A DNA stretch of 63,860 nt, the filler included, from NCBI GenBank assembly GCA_964501035.1. It is 4 parts of 4 records of this genome, joined end to end, with 100 filler letters (N's around TTAATTAATTAA, not from the genome) between each part and the next. Parts side by side here need not be neighbours in the genome. Positions count along the whole stretch, not along the records: positions 33,510 to 49,666 come from CAZCRK010000036.1; positions 49,767 to 63,860 come from CAZCRK010000043.1; 2 more parts are not named here. One strand, given 5' to 3'. Both the position numbers and the translations under genes were made by a program. The number at the start of each line of letters is the position of its first letter. Positions within the stretch are counted from its first letter, which is position 1. Below are positions 40,899 through 51,591 of this stretch, piece by piece. The notes below the pieces were generated by a model. That model made no database searches. It saw only the letters and a list, made by a program, of their open reading frames with translations, and was not told the origin of the DNA.

Positions 40899-41987
40899 CT
40901 AACTCATAATGGATGTATTTTTTATAAATGGTGGTTTAACAATCATAGCTTTAACAGGTTTGTTTCTGATGATTATATCAATTTCATTTTTGGATTTAGC
41001 CCATGATTTGGTCACATACCCTAACCCTATTCCTCTTGATAATATTGGAGATTGTGTTCCGCTTGTAACTACACCAATTGATTCACCATTTTTACAAATT
41101 TCATATCCTTGACGTGGTATTCCTCTTTCCATTAACTCAAAAGAAATAAGTTGTTTTTCAACACCATTTTCTTTGACCTTTAAAATAGAATCTCTACCAA
41201 TAAAATCCCCTTTGTTTAACTTGGTGATCCAAGATAACCCTGCTTCCAAAGGATTTGTTTTCTCATCAATATCATTTCCATATAGGCAATATTTCATTTC
41301 CATTCTCAACATATCTCTGCAAGCAAGTCCAGCAGGTTGCACACCACTTTCTATAAGCTGTGTCCAAATATGTTTAATACTTGAATGATTACCATAAATT
41401 TCAAATCCCAATTCTCCGGTGTAACCTGTTCTGCTTAACTTTACTTTTTTGTCACATATTTCAGCTTCAATATATGAATAAAATTTAAGTGACAAATCAG
41501 AATTGGTAAATTGGTTTAAAATTTCTCTAGATTTTGGACCTTGTAAAGCAATTAACGAATAATCATCTGATTTATTTTCAATAGTTACGTTATATGTATT
41601 TTGAGAATTTAACCAATTAAAATTTTTCTGAATATTTGACGCATTAACTACCATAAAATAACCGTTGGAAAATCGATACACAATTACATCATCTAGAATA
41701 CCACCATTATTGTTACACATAGCAGAATATTGTGCATCACCAATAGATAATAAATCAATATCATTTATAGTAACTTTTTGAATAAACTCCTGTGCTAAAT
41801 CTCCTGATATGAAGAACTGTCCCATATGGGAAACATCAAATAATCCTGCTTCATTTCGGACTGCATAATATTCACTTTTAATACCATCGGTATAATTAAC
41901 TGGCATTGTAAATCCTGCAAAAGGAACTAATTTTGCTCCTAATCTAACATGCTCATCATATAAAATTGTTTGCTTAATTTCAGACAC
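40899..41987 (-). CDS. gcvT: Glycine cleavage aminomethyltransferase
   Basis: GLFDVSHMG, ALQGP, RTGYTGELGFE, LRME..YCLYG. Confidence 0.95.
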   Translation of the reverse strand: MSEIKQTILYDEHVRLGAKLVPFAGFTMPVNYTDGIKSEYYAVRNEAGLFDVSHMGQFFISGDLAQEFIQKVTINDIDLLSIGDAQYSAMCNNNGGILDDVIVYRFSNGYFMVVNASNIQKNFNWLNSQNTYNVTIENKSDDYSLIALQGPKSREILNQFTNSDLSLKFYSYIEAEICDKKVKLSRTGYTGELGFEIYGNHSSIKHIWTQLIESGVQPAGLACRDMLRMEMKYCLYGNDIDEKTNPLEAGLSWITKLNKGDFIGRDSILKVKENGVEKQLISFELMERGIPRQGYEICKNGESIGVVTSGTQSPILSRGIGLGYVTKSWAKSKNEIDIIIRNKPVKAMIVKPPFIKNTSIMS

Positions 41988-41997
41988 TTTGATTTCC

Positions 41998-42588
41998 TTA
42001 GTGCAAAATACTGAGAACTTTTTTAATTATAGATTCAGTATTTAAGTTTTTATCTTCCTTTGTGATTGCAGTAATTTCTTTTTTAACATCATTTGGATTA
42101 AATCCAAGTTGAGTGAGTGCATTATATGCATCTTTGGATTGAATACCGAGAAAATCATCCTCAAAAGGTAAATCATCCTTAGTCAACTTTACAAATTTAT
42201 CCTTTAACTCAACAATAATTCTACGAGCCGTTTTAGGTCCTATGCCTTTTAATTCCGTCAACATTTCTACATCACTTGCAATCAGCCGTTGTTTAAATTC
42301 TTCAGGTGTAACCGAAGATAGTAGTATTATTGCTGTTTTAGGACCAATTCCAGAAACCCCTATCAACATTTGAAAAAGTGAACGCTCAACTTCAGAATCA
42401 AATGCGAACAAGCTTTGTGAGCTTTCTGTAACATGAAAATAGGTTAGTAATGTAACTTCTTTACCAACTTGAGTTAAATTACTATATGTATTTGAGGTAA
42501 TAAAACACTTATATCCCAAACCATTCACATCTAGTATAACTTCTGATGGGGTTTTCTCAATTATTTTTCCTGAAATTGATACAATCAT
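41998..42588 (-). CDS. ruvA: Holliday junction branch migration protein RuvA
   Basis: DVNGLGY, VSGIGPKTA, KGIGPKTARRII.ELKDK. Confidence 0.95.
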   Translation of the reverse strand: MIVSISGKIIEKTPSEVILDVNGLGYKCFITSNTYSNLTQVGKEVTLLTYFHVTESSQSLFAFDSEVERSLFQMLIGVSGIGPKTAIILLSSVTPEEFKQRLIASDVEMLTELKGIGPKTARRIIVELKDKFVKLTKDDLPFEDDFLGIQSKDAYNALTQLGFNPNDVKKEITAITKEDKNLNTESIIKKVLSILH

Positions 42589-43067
42589 AAATCTGCAAAT
42601 CTAAATTGTTGATGATGGCACAATGCAATAGCCAATGCATCCGACGCATCAATTGGCTCTGGTAACTCCGACATGTTTAACTGGGCTTTTACCATAAATT
42701 GCACTTGCTCTTTATGAGCATTTCCATTTCCTGTAATTGACTGTTTTATTTTTCGTGCTGAGTATTCATACACTGGCAATTTCATTCCAGAACCTGCAAC
42801 TATTGCTGAACCTCTTGCTTGACCAAGCAGTAAAGCTGATTTAACATTTTTCCCATAAAATACTTCTTCAATTGCCATAACCGTAGGTTTATAATCTTGA
42901 ATGATATGCTGAATATCATTAAATATTGTCAATAATCGTTGAGGTAACTCATCGGAAGTGGATGGTTTTACCACCCCATAGTCAACCATGGATGTTTTGT
43001 TTTTTATCACTGAAATTATTCCGAATCCTGTTTGTACAAGTCCAGGGTCTATACCTAAAATACGCAC
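42585..43067 (-). CDS. ruvC: Holliday junction resolvase RuvC
   Basis: ILGIDPG, LGQARG, DASDALAIA. Confidence 0.95.
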   Translation of the reverse strand: MRILGIDPGLVQTGFGIISVIKNKTSMVDYGVVKPSTSDELPQRLLTIFNDIQHIIQDYKPTVMAIEEVFYGKNVKSALLLGQARGSAIVAGSGMKLPVYEYSARKIKQSITGNGNAHKEQVQFMVKAQLNMSELPEPIDASDALAIALCHHQQFRFADL

Positions 43068-43814
43068 CTATGTTATGGATTCCATTTCTGATGCATCAAT
43101 GTCAAAATTGGAATACACTTTTTGGATGTCTTCATTCTCTTCTAATAGTTCTAGTAATTTTAGAAGTTGAGAAATATCACCCCCATCTACTTTAACTGTA
43201 TTAGTGGGGACCAAACCCACTTCACCTTCTACATTATATCCTTTATTTTCCAATCCTTTAGATACATCTCCAAATTGGTCGGGATGAATAGACATTTCAA
43301 AAACTTCGTCATCATCACTGTTAAAATCATCAACACCCAAATCTAATGCATCTTCAAATAAGGTCTCTTCATCAACATCATGTTTAGAAATAGTAATAGT
43401 ACCCTTTTTTTCAAACATCCAATTAACGCAACCTGACTCTCCAAGGTTTCCACCATTTTTTGACATAATATGACGAATATCTGGAACCGTTCTTTTTTTA
43501 TTATCCGTCATAATTTCCATCATAATAGCAACACCACCTGGTCCATACCCTTCGTAAACATAGTTCTCATATTTTACACCCGGTAAGTCTCCTGTACCTT
43601 TTTTAATTGCTCTGTCAATATTGTTGGCGGGCATATTTGCTGATTTTGCTTTTTTGACAGCTAAGCGTAGTGATGGATTCATTTCGATATCTCCTCCACC
43701 TTCTCTTGCAGCAATTGTAATATCTTTTGAAATTCGAGTAAATATAGCACCACGTTTTGCATCTGCAGCACCTTTTTTACGTTTAATAGTTGACCACTTA
43801 CTGTGTCCCGACAT
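43068..43814 (-). CDS. yebC: YebC/PmpR family protein
   Basis: MSGHSKWSTIK, YEGYGPGGVA, TDN. Confidence 0.95.
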   Translation of the reverse strand: MSGHSKWSTIKRKKGAADAKRGAIFTRISKDITIAAREGGGDIEMNPSLRLAVKKAKSANMPANNIDRAIKKGTGDLPGVKYENYVYEGYGPGGVAIMMEIMTDNKKRTVPDIRHIMSKNGGNLGESGCVNWMFEKKGTITISKHDVDEETLFEDALDLGVDDFNSDDDEVFEMSIHPDQFGDVSKGLENKGYNVEGEVGLVPTNTVKVDGGDISQLLKLLELLEENEDIQKVYSNFDIDASEMESIT

Positions 43815-43911
43815 AAAATCCTCTAATTATAACAAAAATTAACTTGATAATTTATAAGAAATAGGTGTTTATCTATATAGAAATATAGTACTAAACTAAA
43901 TAAAATGAAAT

Positions 43912-44658
43912 TTATTGAATAAATTTGATGTTTTGAAGCGGTATCCAACCAGATTTTCCATCCAATAGCTCAATTTCCACCCATCCTTGTGATTGAGATT
44001 GAACTGAAACTTTTAATCCTTCATGTACATCAAACAATCGAATAGATTGAGAATTTGGTTCTGAATTTACTTCTAGGGTATTAGCAAAAATTATTCCTTC
44101 AAAAACTGCATTACTTGTGTAAACAGAATGACTAAAAATAAATAGTGTACAGCATGAAACAACAATACCTAGACTGATTAATGGTCTAAAATACAGCCCA
44201 TTGGTTACATGCAATAGGAAGTAAAAAAGTGATACTAAACATAATAATCCAGTAAAAATGGTTAACCATTCTGTTGGAGTAAACCGTTCTTTTAATGCCA
44301 AATATTGTTTCAAGTAAAAAGGTGCTTCAGGAATATCAACTCTATCTCTTACATTTAAGTTGACTCGTTTTAAATTAAATTTAGCATTTTTATGATTGGG
44401 ATCTAAAAAGAGAGCCTGTTCGTATGCCCAAATTGCTCCAGCAATATTTTCAATACGATAATATGCATTACCAAGATTGTAATACAATTGTGGCGATTCC
44501 CAGTCATTACTTAAAATATGTTCATATTTATCAATAGATAATTCATAATGACCAGACTGATATGCATTTAATGCTTGACTATATTCATTATGTATTTCTG
44601 ACGAAACAGCAAATACTACCCCCACATAGAAAAATAAAATTACTCTATTTCCAAACAC
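43912..44658 (-). CDS. batE: BatE (TPR + SH3)
   Basis: YYNLGNAYY TPR, two TMs, C-terminal HEGLKV...GWI SH3-like domain. Confidence 0.82.
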   Translation of the reverse strand: MFGNRVILFFYVGVVFAVSSEIHNEYSQALNAYQSGHYELSIDKYEHILSNDWESPQLYYNLGNAYYRIENIAGAIWAYEQALFLDPNHKNAKFNLKRVNLNVRDRVDIPEAPFYLKQYLALKERFTPTEWLTIFTGLLCLVSLFYFLLHVTNGLYFRPLISLGIVVSCCTLFIFSHSVYTSNAVFEGIIFANTLEVNSEPNSQSIRLFDVHEGLKVSVQSQSQGWVEIELLDGKSGWIPLQNIKFIQ

Positions 44659-46351
44659 GATTCACCTCTTTGATTATACGTTTGATAGTATCAATATCAC
44701 TTTTCATTTTTTCTGATGATATGGGAGAAAATCGAACAGCATCCCCTCTATCCAACACCTCCCTTAGTAATATTTTATCAGTATTGTTTTGAATGTTTGG
44801 AGTTAAATATTGCATTATTTCTTTAGTTGAATATTCAACTTTAGTGGATTTTAATTTCAAATTAATCAGCCAAATTAAAACTTTATGAATATGTGAATAG
44901 TTCTTTTCAGCTGATTCATGAGTTATTGCAAGTAACTTTACAGAATTTTCATACTGTTTTTTGATATGTCGGACATTAGCAGTAGCAATAAATTGTGTCT
45001 CCCTCATTCTAAAAATAGTAGGAAGTGATAAAAGTAAAATGGATAAAACAAGAAACATTATGGACTTTTTATTTAAAATGGAAGCGTCCTTCTCTCGCCA
45101 TCTTGGAGATGATTCATCATTAAATTTTATATCTTCTGCAATTAAAGAAACTTCCTCTTTAGAAAATCCTAATGTTAATTCATTTTTTTGGTTACTTGGA
45201 GATACCTGTAATGAAATCGGTTTTGTTTTTTGTGTAACCCATTTTTCTGTCATAGAATTAAAGAAGGTAAATGTAATTTCGGGTAAAACTATCTCACCTG
45301 AATAGCGTGGGATTAAGACATATTCAATTGTTTTATCTCCAACAATTTTCCCACCTTGTGATGTCTTATTTAGAGTAACTTCAGGGTCAAACACTTCCAA
45401 TTCACCTGGAAATTCTATGGGTTCAATATCTACAGCCTTCACATTCCCTGTACCATTTATTTTGATAGTGTATGTAATAGCTTCGTTTTCCTTAACAGAT
45501 TTTGTATTTACTGAAGAGCTTATATTCCATGCTCCAATAACCGGAGTCATTTTTCCAGAATTATTTTTAGGCAAAGGTTGCACATTAAGTGTTATTGCAT
45601 TAGTTGAAATTGTATGGTTTTTTGAAGGTGGACCAAAAATACTAAAATCATTTCTTCTCTTTTCACGAACTCCAACAACAGCAACCATTGGGTCAATTGT
45701 AATAGTGTCTGACTTAGTAGGGAATATTGCACGTTTTTCAATAATTGCCATGTGATATCGCTCGCCATTTTTTACAACTTCTTGAAGTTTTAAATTTGTT
45801 GGCTTGTAAATTTCCTCAGACCAAAACCCTTTAAAAGATGGAACCTCGTTATCAAAACCGGTAATATCAACTTTCGTGTACAGAACATAAGTTATTATTA
45901 CTTGTTCACCTCTAAATGGGTCCGTTTTATCAACATTGGCTTCAATAAAAAATTTTCGATTTTGATTTGATGTTTTACTAACTTTAGATACATTTACGTA
46001 AATTGGATTTGATTTTGCTTGGTTTCCATCTAAGGAAATTTTAAAGGATGGTATAACTAATTTTCCAGTTCGTTTAGGTACTAATGTCCATGTGAGTGTA
46101 TATGTTGTCCCCCCTGTCATTTTACCATTGATATATTGATAACTGGTGCTTGTGGACTGGCTGGGTCCTGATACAGCTTGAAAATCAGCCATTTTTGGTA
46201 AATTAACTTGTGGTGCTGTGTCACTATTTTCAGATTTTACGGTCAATATCACGGAACCACCTTCTACAATATTTTTAGAATCTACAAATACATTGACGGA
46301 TCCTTTTGCCCATATAAGCGAAAATACGAATAGCAAAAAAAACTTCTTCAT
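44645..46351 (-). CDS. batD: BatD
   Basis: GPSQSTSTSYQYING, GEQV, GTGN; operon position. Confidence 0.85.
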   Translation of the reverse strand: MKKFFLLFVFSLIWAKGSVNVFVDSKNIVEGGSVILTVKSENSDTAPQVNLPKMADFQAVSGPSQSTSTSYQYINGKMTGGTTYTLTWTLVPKRTGKLVIPSFKISLDGNQAKSNPIYVNVSKVSKTSNQNRKFFIEANVDKTDPFRGEQVIITYVLYTKVDITGFDNEVPSFKGFWSEEIYKPTNLKLQEVVKNGERYHMAIIEKRAIFPTKSDTITIDPMVAVVGVREKRRNDFSIFGPPSKNHTISTNAITLNVQPLPKNNSGKMTPVIGAWNISSSVNTKSVKENEAITYTIKINGTGNVKAVDIEPIEFPGELEVFDPEVTLNKTSQGGKIVGDKTIEYVLIPRYSGEIVLPEITFTFFNSMTEKWVTQKTKPISLQVSPSNQKNELTLGFSKEEVSLIAEDIKFNDESSPRWREKDASILNKKSIMFLVLSILLLSLPTIFRMRETQFIATANVRHIKKQYENSVKLLAITHESAEKNYSHIHKVLIWLINLKLKSTKVEYSTKEIMQYLTPNIQNNTDKILLREVLDRGDAVRFSPISSEKMKSDIDTIKRIIKEVNRVWK

Positions 46352-47193
46352 TACCAATCTTTCTCCAAAAATACACGCCCTTTTACTTTATACTGTTTTG
46401 GTTTAAGATTTTCCTCATTCGCCTTCATTGCGTTTAATATTGCTTCAGCTTCTTCTTTTTTTAACTGTTCTTGTTCTGTCATTTCGTTGGGTTTAGGTTG
46501 TTCACCCTGTTTTTCCTCATCGTTTGGATGTTCTTCATCAGAATTATTTTCACTTTGTTGTGATTCTTCTTCATTTTTTTCTTCTGACTCTTCTTTTTCT
46601 TCGTTTTCTGGGGATTCTTTTTCAGACTCTTCAGAATTCTGTTCTTGATTTTCAGTATTTTGAGAATTTTCACTATTCTCACTCTTGCAATCTTTCTTTT
46701 CTTCAGAATCTTGATTGTCAGACTGACTTTCTTGCTCTTGAGGGGGTTGTTGTTCTATAACTTGTTGAGTATATTCTAAATTATGCCGTATATCATCATC
46801 ATTCGGGTTTAATTGAAGCGCTTTCTTGAAATAGTTTACACTTTCATTATAATTACCCTTTTTGAATTCGCTGTTCCCCAAATTATAAAATGTATTTGCA
46901 TGTTCAATTGAGCTACCATTTTCAATGGATTTTTTATAAGATGAAATTGCATTATCTAAATTCCCGTTCAAATATTGCAAATTTCCCAAATTGTAATTTA
47001 AATCCAAATTATTAGGATATTTTTCTATTAGATGTTGGTACTGTGAAATTGCTGAATCTAATTCTGGATTTGGTGTGGGTTGGGGAGTATTAGCAATAGG
47101 ATTTTGCCCCAAACACATACTCATAAGTAAAGGAAAAACAATCAAACTCATCACATAATTTCTAAAGATAGTTATATTAATTACAATAGGCAT
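46351..47193 (-). CDS. batC: BatC (TPR plus Glu/Gln-rich tail)
   Basis: YNLGN TPRs, E/Q-rich linker, terminal EKDW; start uncertain. Confidence 0.82.
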   Translation of the reverse strand: MPIVINITIFRNYVMSLIVFPLLMSMCLGQNPIANTPQPTPNPELDSAISQYQHLIEKYPNNLDLNYNLGNLQYLNGNLDNAISSYKKSIENGSSIEHANTFYNLGNSEFKKGNYNESVNYFKKALQLNPNDDDIRHNLEYTQQVIEQQPPQEQESQSDNQDSEEKKDCKSENSENSQNTENQEQNSEESEKESPENEEKEESEEKNEEESQQSENNSDEEHPNDEEKQGEQPKPNEMTEQEQLKKEEAEAILNAMKANEENLKPKQYKVKGRVFLEKDW

Positions 47194-47194
47194 A

Positions 47195-48238
47195 TTATGA
47201 ATTTCTTTTTGCAAATTTCCCTTCCCATTTCGTTTCCTTTGACGTGCGAGTTGGAGTAATAAATTCTACAAGAAGTAGTAATAGAGCAATTAGAGCAAAT
47301 ACTTGATATCTATCTTCATATTCAGAAAAGACATGAGATTTCAATTCTCGTTTTTCCATCTCAGAAATTTCCTCAATTAATGGACCAATTGCATTATTTT
47401 GGTTTTCAACACGGATATATTTTCCACCGGTTAATCGGGCTATTTCACTTAAAGACCCATCATTTAAAGTGGTAGTAACAACATTTCCATTTCTATCCTT
47501 CTTAAAATCAATTCTGTTTCCATGTTTGTCTAGGATTGGTATTGGTCCACCTGCAAGGGTTCCAACTCCGAGTGTGTGTACAATAATTCCTTGTTTCTTA
47601 GCATACTGTGCAAGTTCAATTGCTTTGCCTTCATGGTCTTCCCCATCAGAAACTAGAACAATTACTTTGAATTTTTCTTCATCTGTTTCAACGTGATCTA
47701 GAGCCAATTGCAATGCAGATGAAATATCAGTACCTTGTGTTGCCAATAACGAAGATTCAACAGAATTCAGAAACAACCGTGAAGCACTATAGTCAATAGT
47801 TAGGGGACAATGCATATGTGCGGTACCTGCAAAAACAAGTAATCCGACTCTGTCTCCTTGTAATACATTTATCAAACGGGATAACTCATATTTTGCTTTT
47901 TCTAATCTGGATGGTTGAACATCTACAGCATTCATACTCGTGGAAACGTCAAGTGCAATAATAACATCTGCACCTTTTCGAGTTAGCTCTGTTAACTTTG
48001 TTCCAATCTGAGGTCCAACTGATGCTAGCAATATAAAGAAAATACCAATAATCATTAATCGTGATCGTAACTTGACCCGCGATAAATGGACACGATTTAA
48101 CAAAAATTTTCTTACAGGGGCAGTTCCTAGGGCTTCTATTCGTTTACGAAGGGTTCTTCCTTTCATTGCATAGAATATAATCACAATTACAAATGGAATA
48201 AACAACCAAAACATTTCAGGATGTGTATATTTTACCAT
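47195..48238 (-). CDS. batB: BatB (vWA)
   Basis: DVSTSM, PSRLEKAK, GDRVGL..FAG, SDGEDH. Confidence 0.88.
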   Translation of the reverse strand: MVKYTHPEMFWLFIPFVIVIIFYAMKGRTLRKRIEALGTAPVRKFLLNRVHLSRVKLRSRLMIIGIFFILLASVGPQIGTKLTELTRKGADVIIALDVSTSMNAVDVQPSRLEKAKYELSRLINVLQGDRVGLLVFAGTAHMHCPLTIDYSASRLFLNSVESSLLATQGTDISSALQLALDHVETDEEKFKVIVLVSDGEDHEGKAIELAQYAKKQGIIVHTLGVGTLAGGPIPILDKHGNRIDFKKDRNGNVVTTTLNDGSLSEIARLTGGKYIRVENQNNAIGPLIEEISEMEKRELKSHVFSEYEDRYQVFALIALLLLLVEFITPTRTSKETKWEGKFAKRNS

Positions 48239-49227
48239 TAAAACAACTTACCAAAAATTATACGTGACACAATCAAATACATCATCGACAAAATCATCGC
48301 AGGGATAATGAACCAACTATATAACTCAGTGAAATTTTGATACTCTTTAACTTCAATTTCCGTTTTTTCGAGCTGATTTATCTCTTTATACACCTGTTTT
48401 AGTGAATTATTATTGGTTGCTCTAAAAAATTTACCATCTGTCAAACGAGCAATTTCTTTTAATGATTCCTCATCTACATCTACTTGAACTTGCCGAACAA
48501 CCTCACGCCCCCACACATCAACGGTAGGGTACGGAGCTAATCCATGAGTCCCTGCTGCAACTGTGTAAATTTTGATATCAAATGATGATGCAAGTTCCGC
48601 TGCTGTCAAAGGATCAAGTTCACCCTTATTATTACTCCCGTCGGACAACAAAATCATAATGCGAGATTCAGATTCACTCTCACGAAGTCGATTGATTCCG
48701 TTCGCAATTGCCATTCCTATTGCAGTTCCATCGTGTTCTTCGTCAATAATTTCAACTTGGTCTGTAAACTCTAGAAGTATATCTGTATCTCGTGTTAATG
48801 GACATTGAATGTATGACTCACCTGCAAACACAATTATCCCTAAACGGTCGCCCTCTCTATCACGAATAAACGATTTAGCTACATTTTTTGCAGCTTCTAA
48901 CCGGTTGGGTTTAAAATCTTGAGCTAACATGGAAGATGACTGATCAATGACAAGCAAAATATCAATAATTTCTGTTTTGGTTTCTGTAACAGTATCTGAT
49001 AATCGTGGACGTGATAAAGAAAGAATGAGTAAGGATAAAATTAACAGTTTGGTTAATATAAATATTCGATTAATCCACGCACCTTTTATAACGTCTGATT
49101 TTGGGAGTAATTCAATATATGAAAATCGAATACTGGCTTGTTTTTTAACTCCAGTCCGAAAATACCAAACCCCTAGAAGGGGTATGATGAATAGTAAAAT
49201 TAAATAGTATGGTTGTGCAAATTCCAA
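48238..49227 (-). CDS. batA: BatA (vWA)
   Basis: DQSSSMLAQDFKPNRLEAAK, GTAIG, LSDG; TTG start. Confidence 0.88.
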   Translation of the reverse strand: MEFAQPYYLILLFIIPLLGVWYFRTGVKKQASIRFSYIELLPKSDVIKGAWINRIFILTKLLILSLLILSLSRPRLSDTVTETKTEIIDILLVIDQSSSMLAQDFKPNRLEAAKNVAKSFIRDREGDRLGIIVFAGESYIQCPLTRDTDILLEFTDQVEIIDEEHDGTAIGMAIANGINRLRESESESRIMILLSDGSNNKGELDPLTAAELASSFDIKIYTVAAGTHGLAPYPTVDVWGREVVRQVQVDVDEESLKEIARLTDGKFFRATNNNSLKQVYKEINQLEKTEIEVKEYQNFTELYSWFIIPAMILSMMYLIVSRIIFGKLF

Positions 49228-49338
49228 TAATAAATTCGATAATGATTATTTCATAATGGTTTATTCGTCAAAAAGTTTCAAATAATATTGGTATCATTTG
49301 AAGTTGGTGGTAGTTCACCAAATGAAACTAACTGATAT

Positions 49339-49536
49339 TTAGTCTTTTATCTCTTTCTTTATATCTTCAACGTCGTTGGTTGCAGATTTTACTTCGTCTT
49401 TTATATCTTTGGTTGCACGTTTGAATTCTCGTAATCCTTGTCCTAACCCTTTCGCAAGTTCGGGGAGTTTTTTTCCTCCAAACAAGAGAACAATAACAAA
49501 CAATATAATGACTATTTCCCAAGGTCCTAGTGACAT
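49339..49536 (-). CDS. tatA: Twin-arginine translocase TatA
   Basis: GPWEI..., [22 protein letters not shown]. Confidence 0.93.
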   Translation of the reverse strand: MSLGPWEIVIILFVIVLLFGGKKLPELAKGLGQGLREFKRATKDIKDEVKSATNDVEDIKKEIKD

Positions 49537-49666
49537 ATTAATCTCCTAGCTAATGATAAAAATAATATACGTTATCTATACCTGTAAATTAGTTTTTTTT
49601 GACGATGATACACTACTTTTATTTCTAAGTTGATTTGATACCACAGAGGCACTATTACGAAGAGGG

Positions 49667-49766
49667 NNNNNNNNNNNNNNNNNNNNNNNNNNNNNNNNNN
49701 NNNNNNNNNNTTAATTAATTAANNNNNNNNNNNNNNNNNNNNNNNNNNNNNNNNNNNNNNNNNNNN
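49667..49766. other. Artificial contig spacer
   Basis: N44-TTAATTAATTAA-N44. Confidence 0.97.
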
Positions 49767-50276
49767 ATCTTCACATGATGAGTTATCACCACCACATTCA
49801 CCACATTCATCAAATTCTGCACCATAATATGCTCCGTCACACCCAACAGGATGCACTAAGCATTCGCCAAAATTAACATTAAACTCAGTTGTGGTTCCAT
49901 CTACAAATCCAGTAAAAGCACCTGAACCTAAATTAAGACAACTTTCAGAAGCATCAATACTTGTAAAGTTTAAAATAGTTAAAACACCATTGCCTGCAGG
50001 AATTTCAGCACCAGAAAAAGAAAAACCAAGCACTGTACTCCCACCAACAGATGTAGTAAACTCAGCATCTTCAGCAAGGCCACCTGAGGCTCCTGTCAAA
50101 GATAGTCCCGATACATTGAATTGAAAGCCACGAACAGCTTCTGGGTTGTCCATCATTATTTCAACAGTTCCAGATTCTACATCTAGAGCTCCAAAACTAA
50201 CATTTACATCTTGAGAAAACGCAATCGTTAACATACATGTAAATGCAATGACTATATTTTTAGTAAAATTTTTCAT
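49767..50276 (-). CDS. Secreted protein with a cohesin-like beta-sandwich and Cys-rich repeat, 3'-truncated
   Basis: SD GAGGAGG, signal peptide, VEIMMDN..AVRGFQF...VLGFSFSG.EIPAGNGVL..LNF, then DECGECGGDNSSC. Confidence 0.65.
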
Positions 50277-50637
50277 TATTCCTCCTCATTTATTTGAATT
50301 TACTTCTTAATGACCTGCTAATAAAAGGGGTGCAAAACACTCCCCTATCCTCGACAACAACAAAGCCAAGCCATACATAAAATAAAGTTTTTTCTCTTTT
50401 AAATAGAGAGATACACACTCAAAACGGGCTGTAAAATAGAAAATATCTACGTTTAATTCAAGCATAATTTTTACAATTTGTTACATTTTCTGAATTAGTT
50501 TTCAATTTCAAGGTTTATCTTTCTCAATATTTATATAAAAACCGCATAAAAAATATGCATAGTTAAGCAAATAAAATGTGATGGAAAACACATTCAATTT
50601 TAATTGAGCAAAGTATTGAATTAATATTTAGAGGGAA

Positions 50638-51582
<945 letters not shown>

Positions 51583-51591
51583 TTATTCAAT

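Noticed and set aside
46480..46760. Low-complexity repetitive stretch
   Set aside because: Ordinary Glu/Gln-rich BatC linker, not an array.
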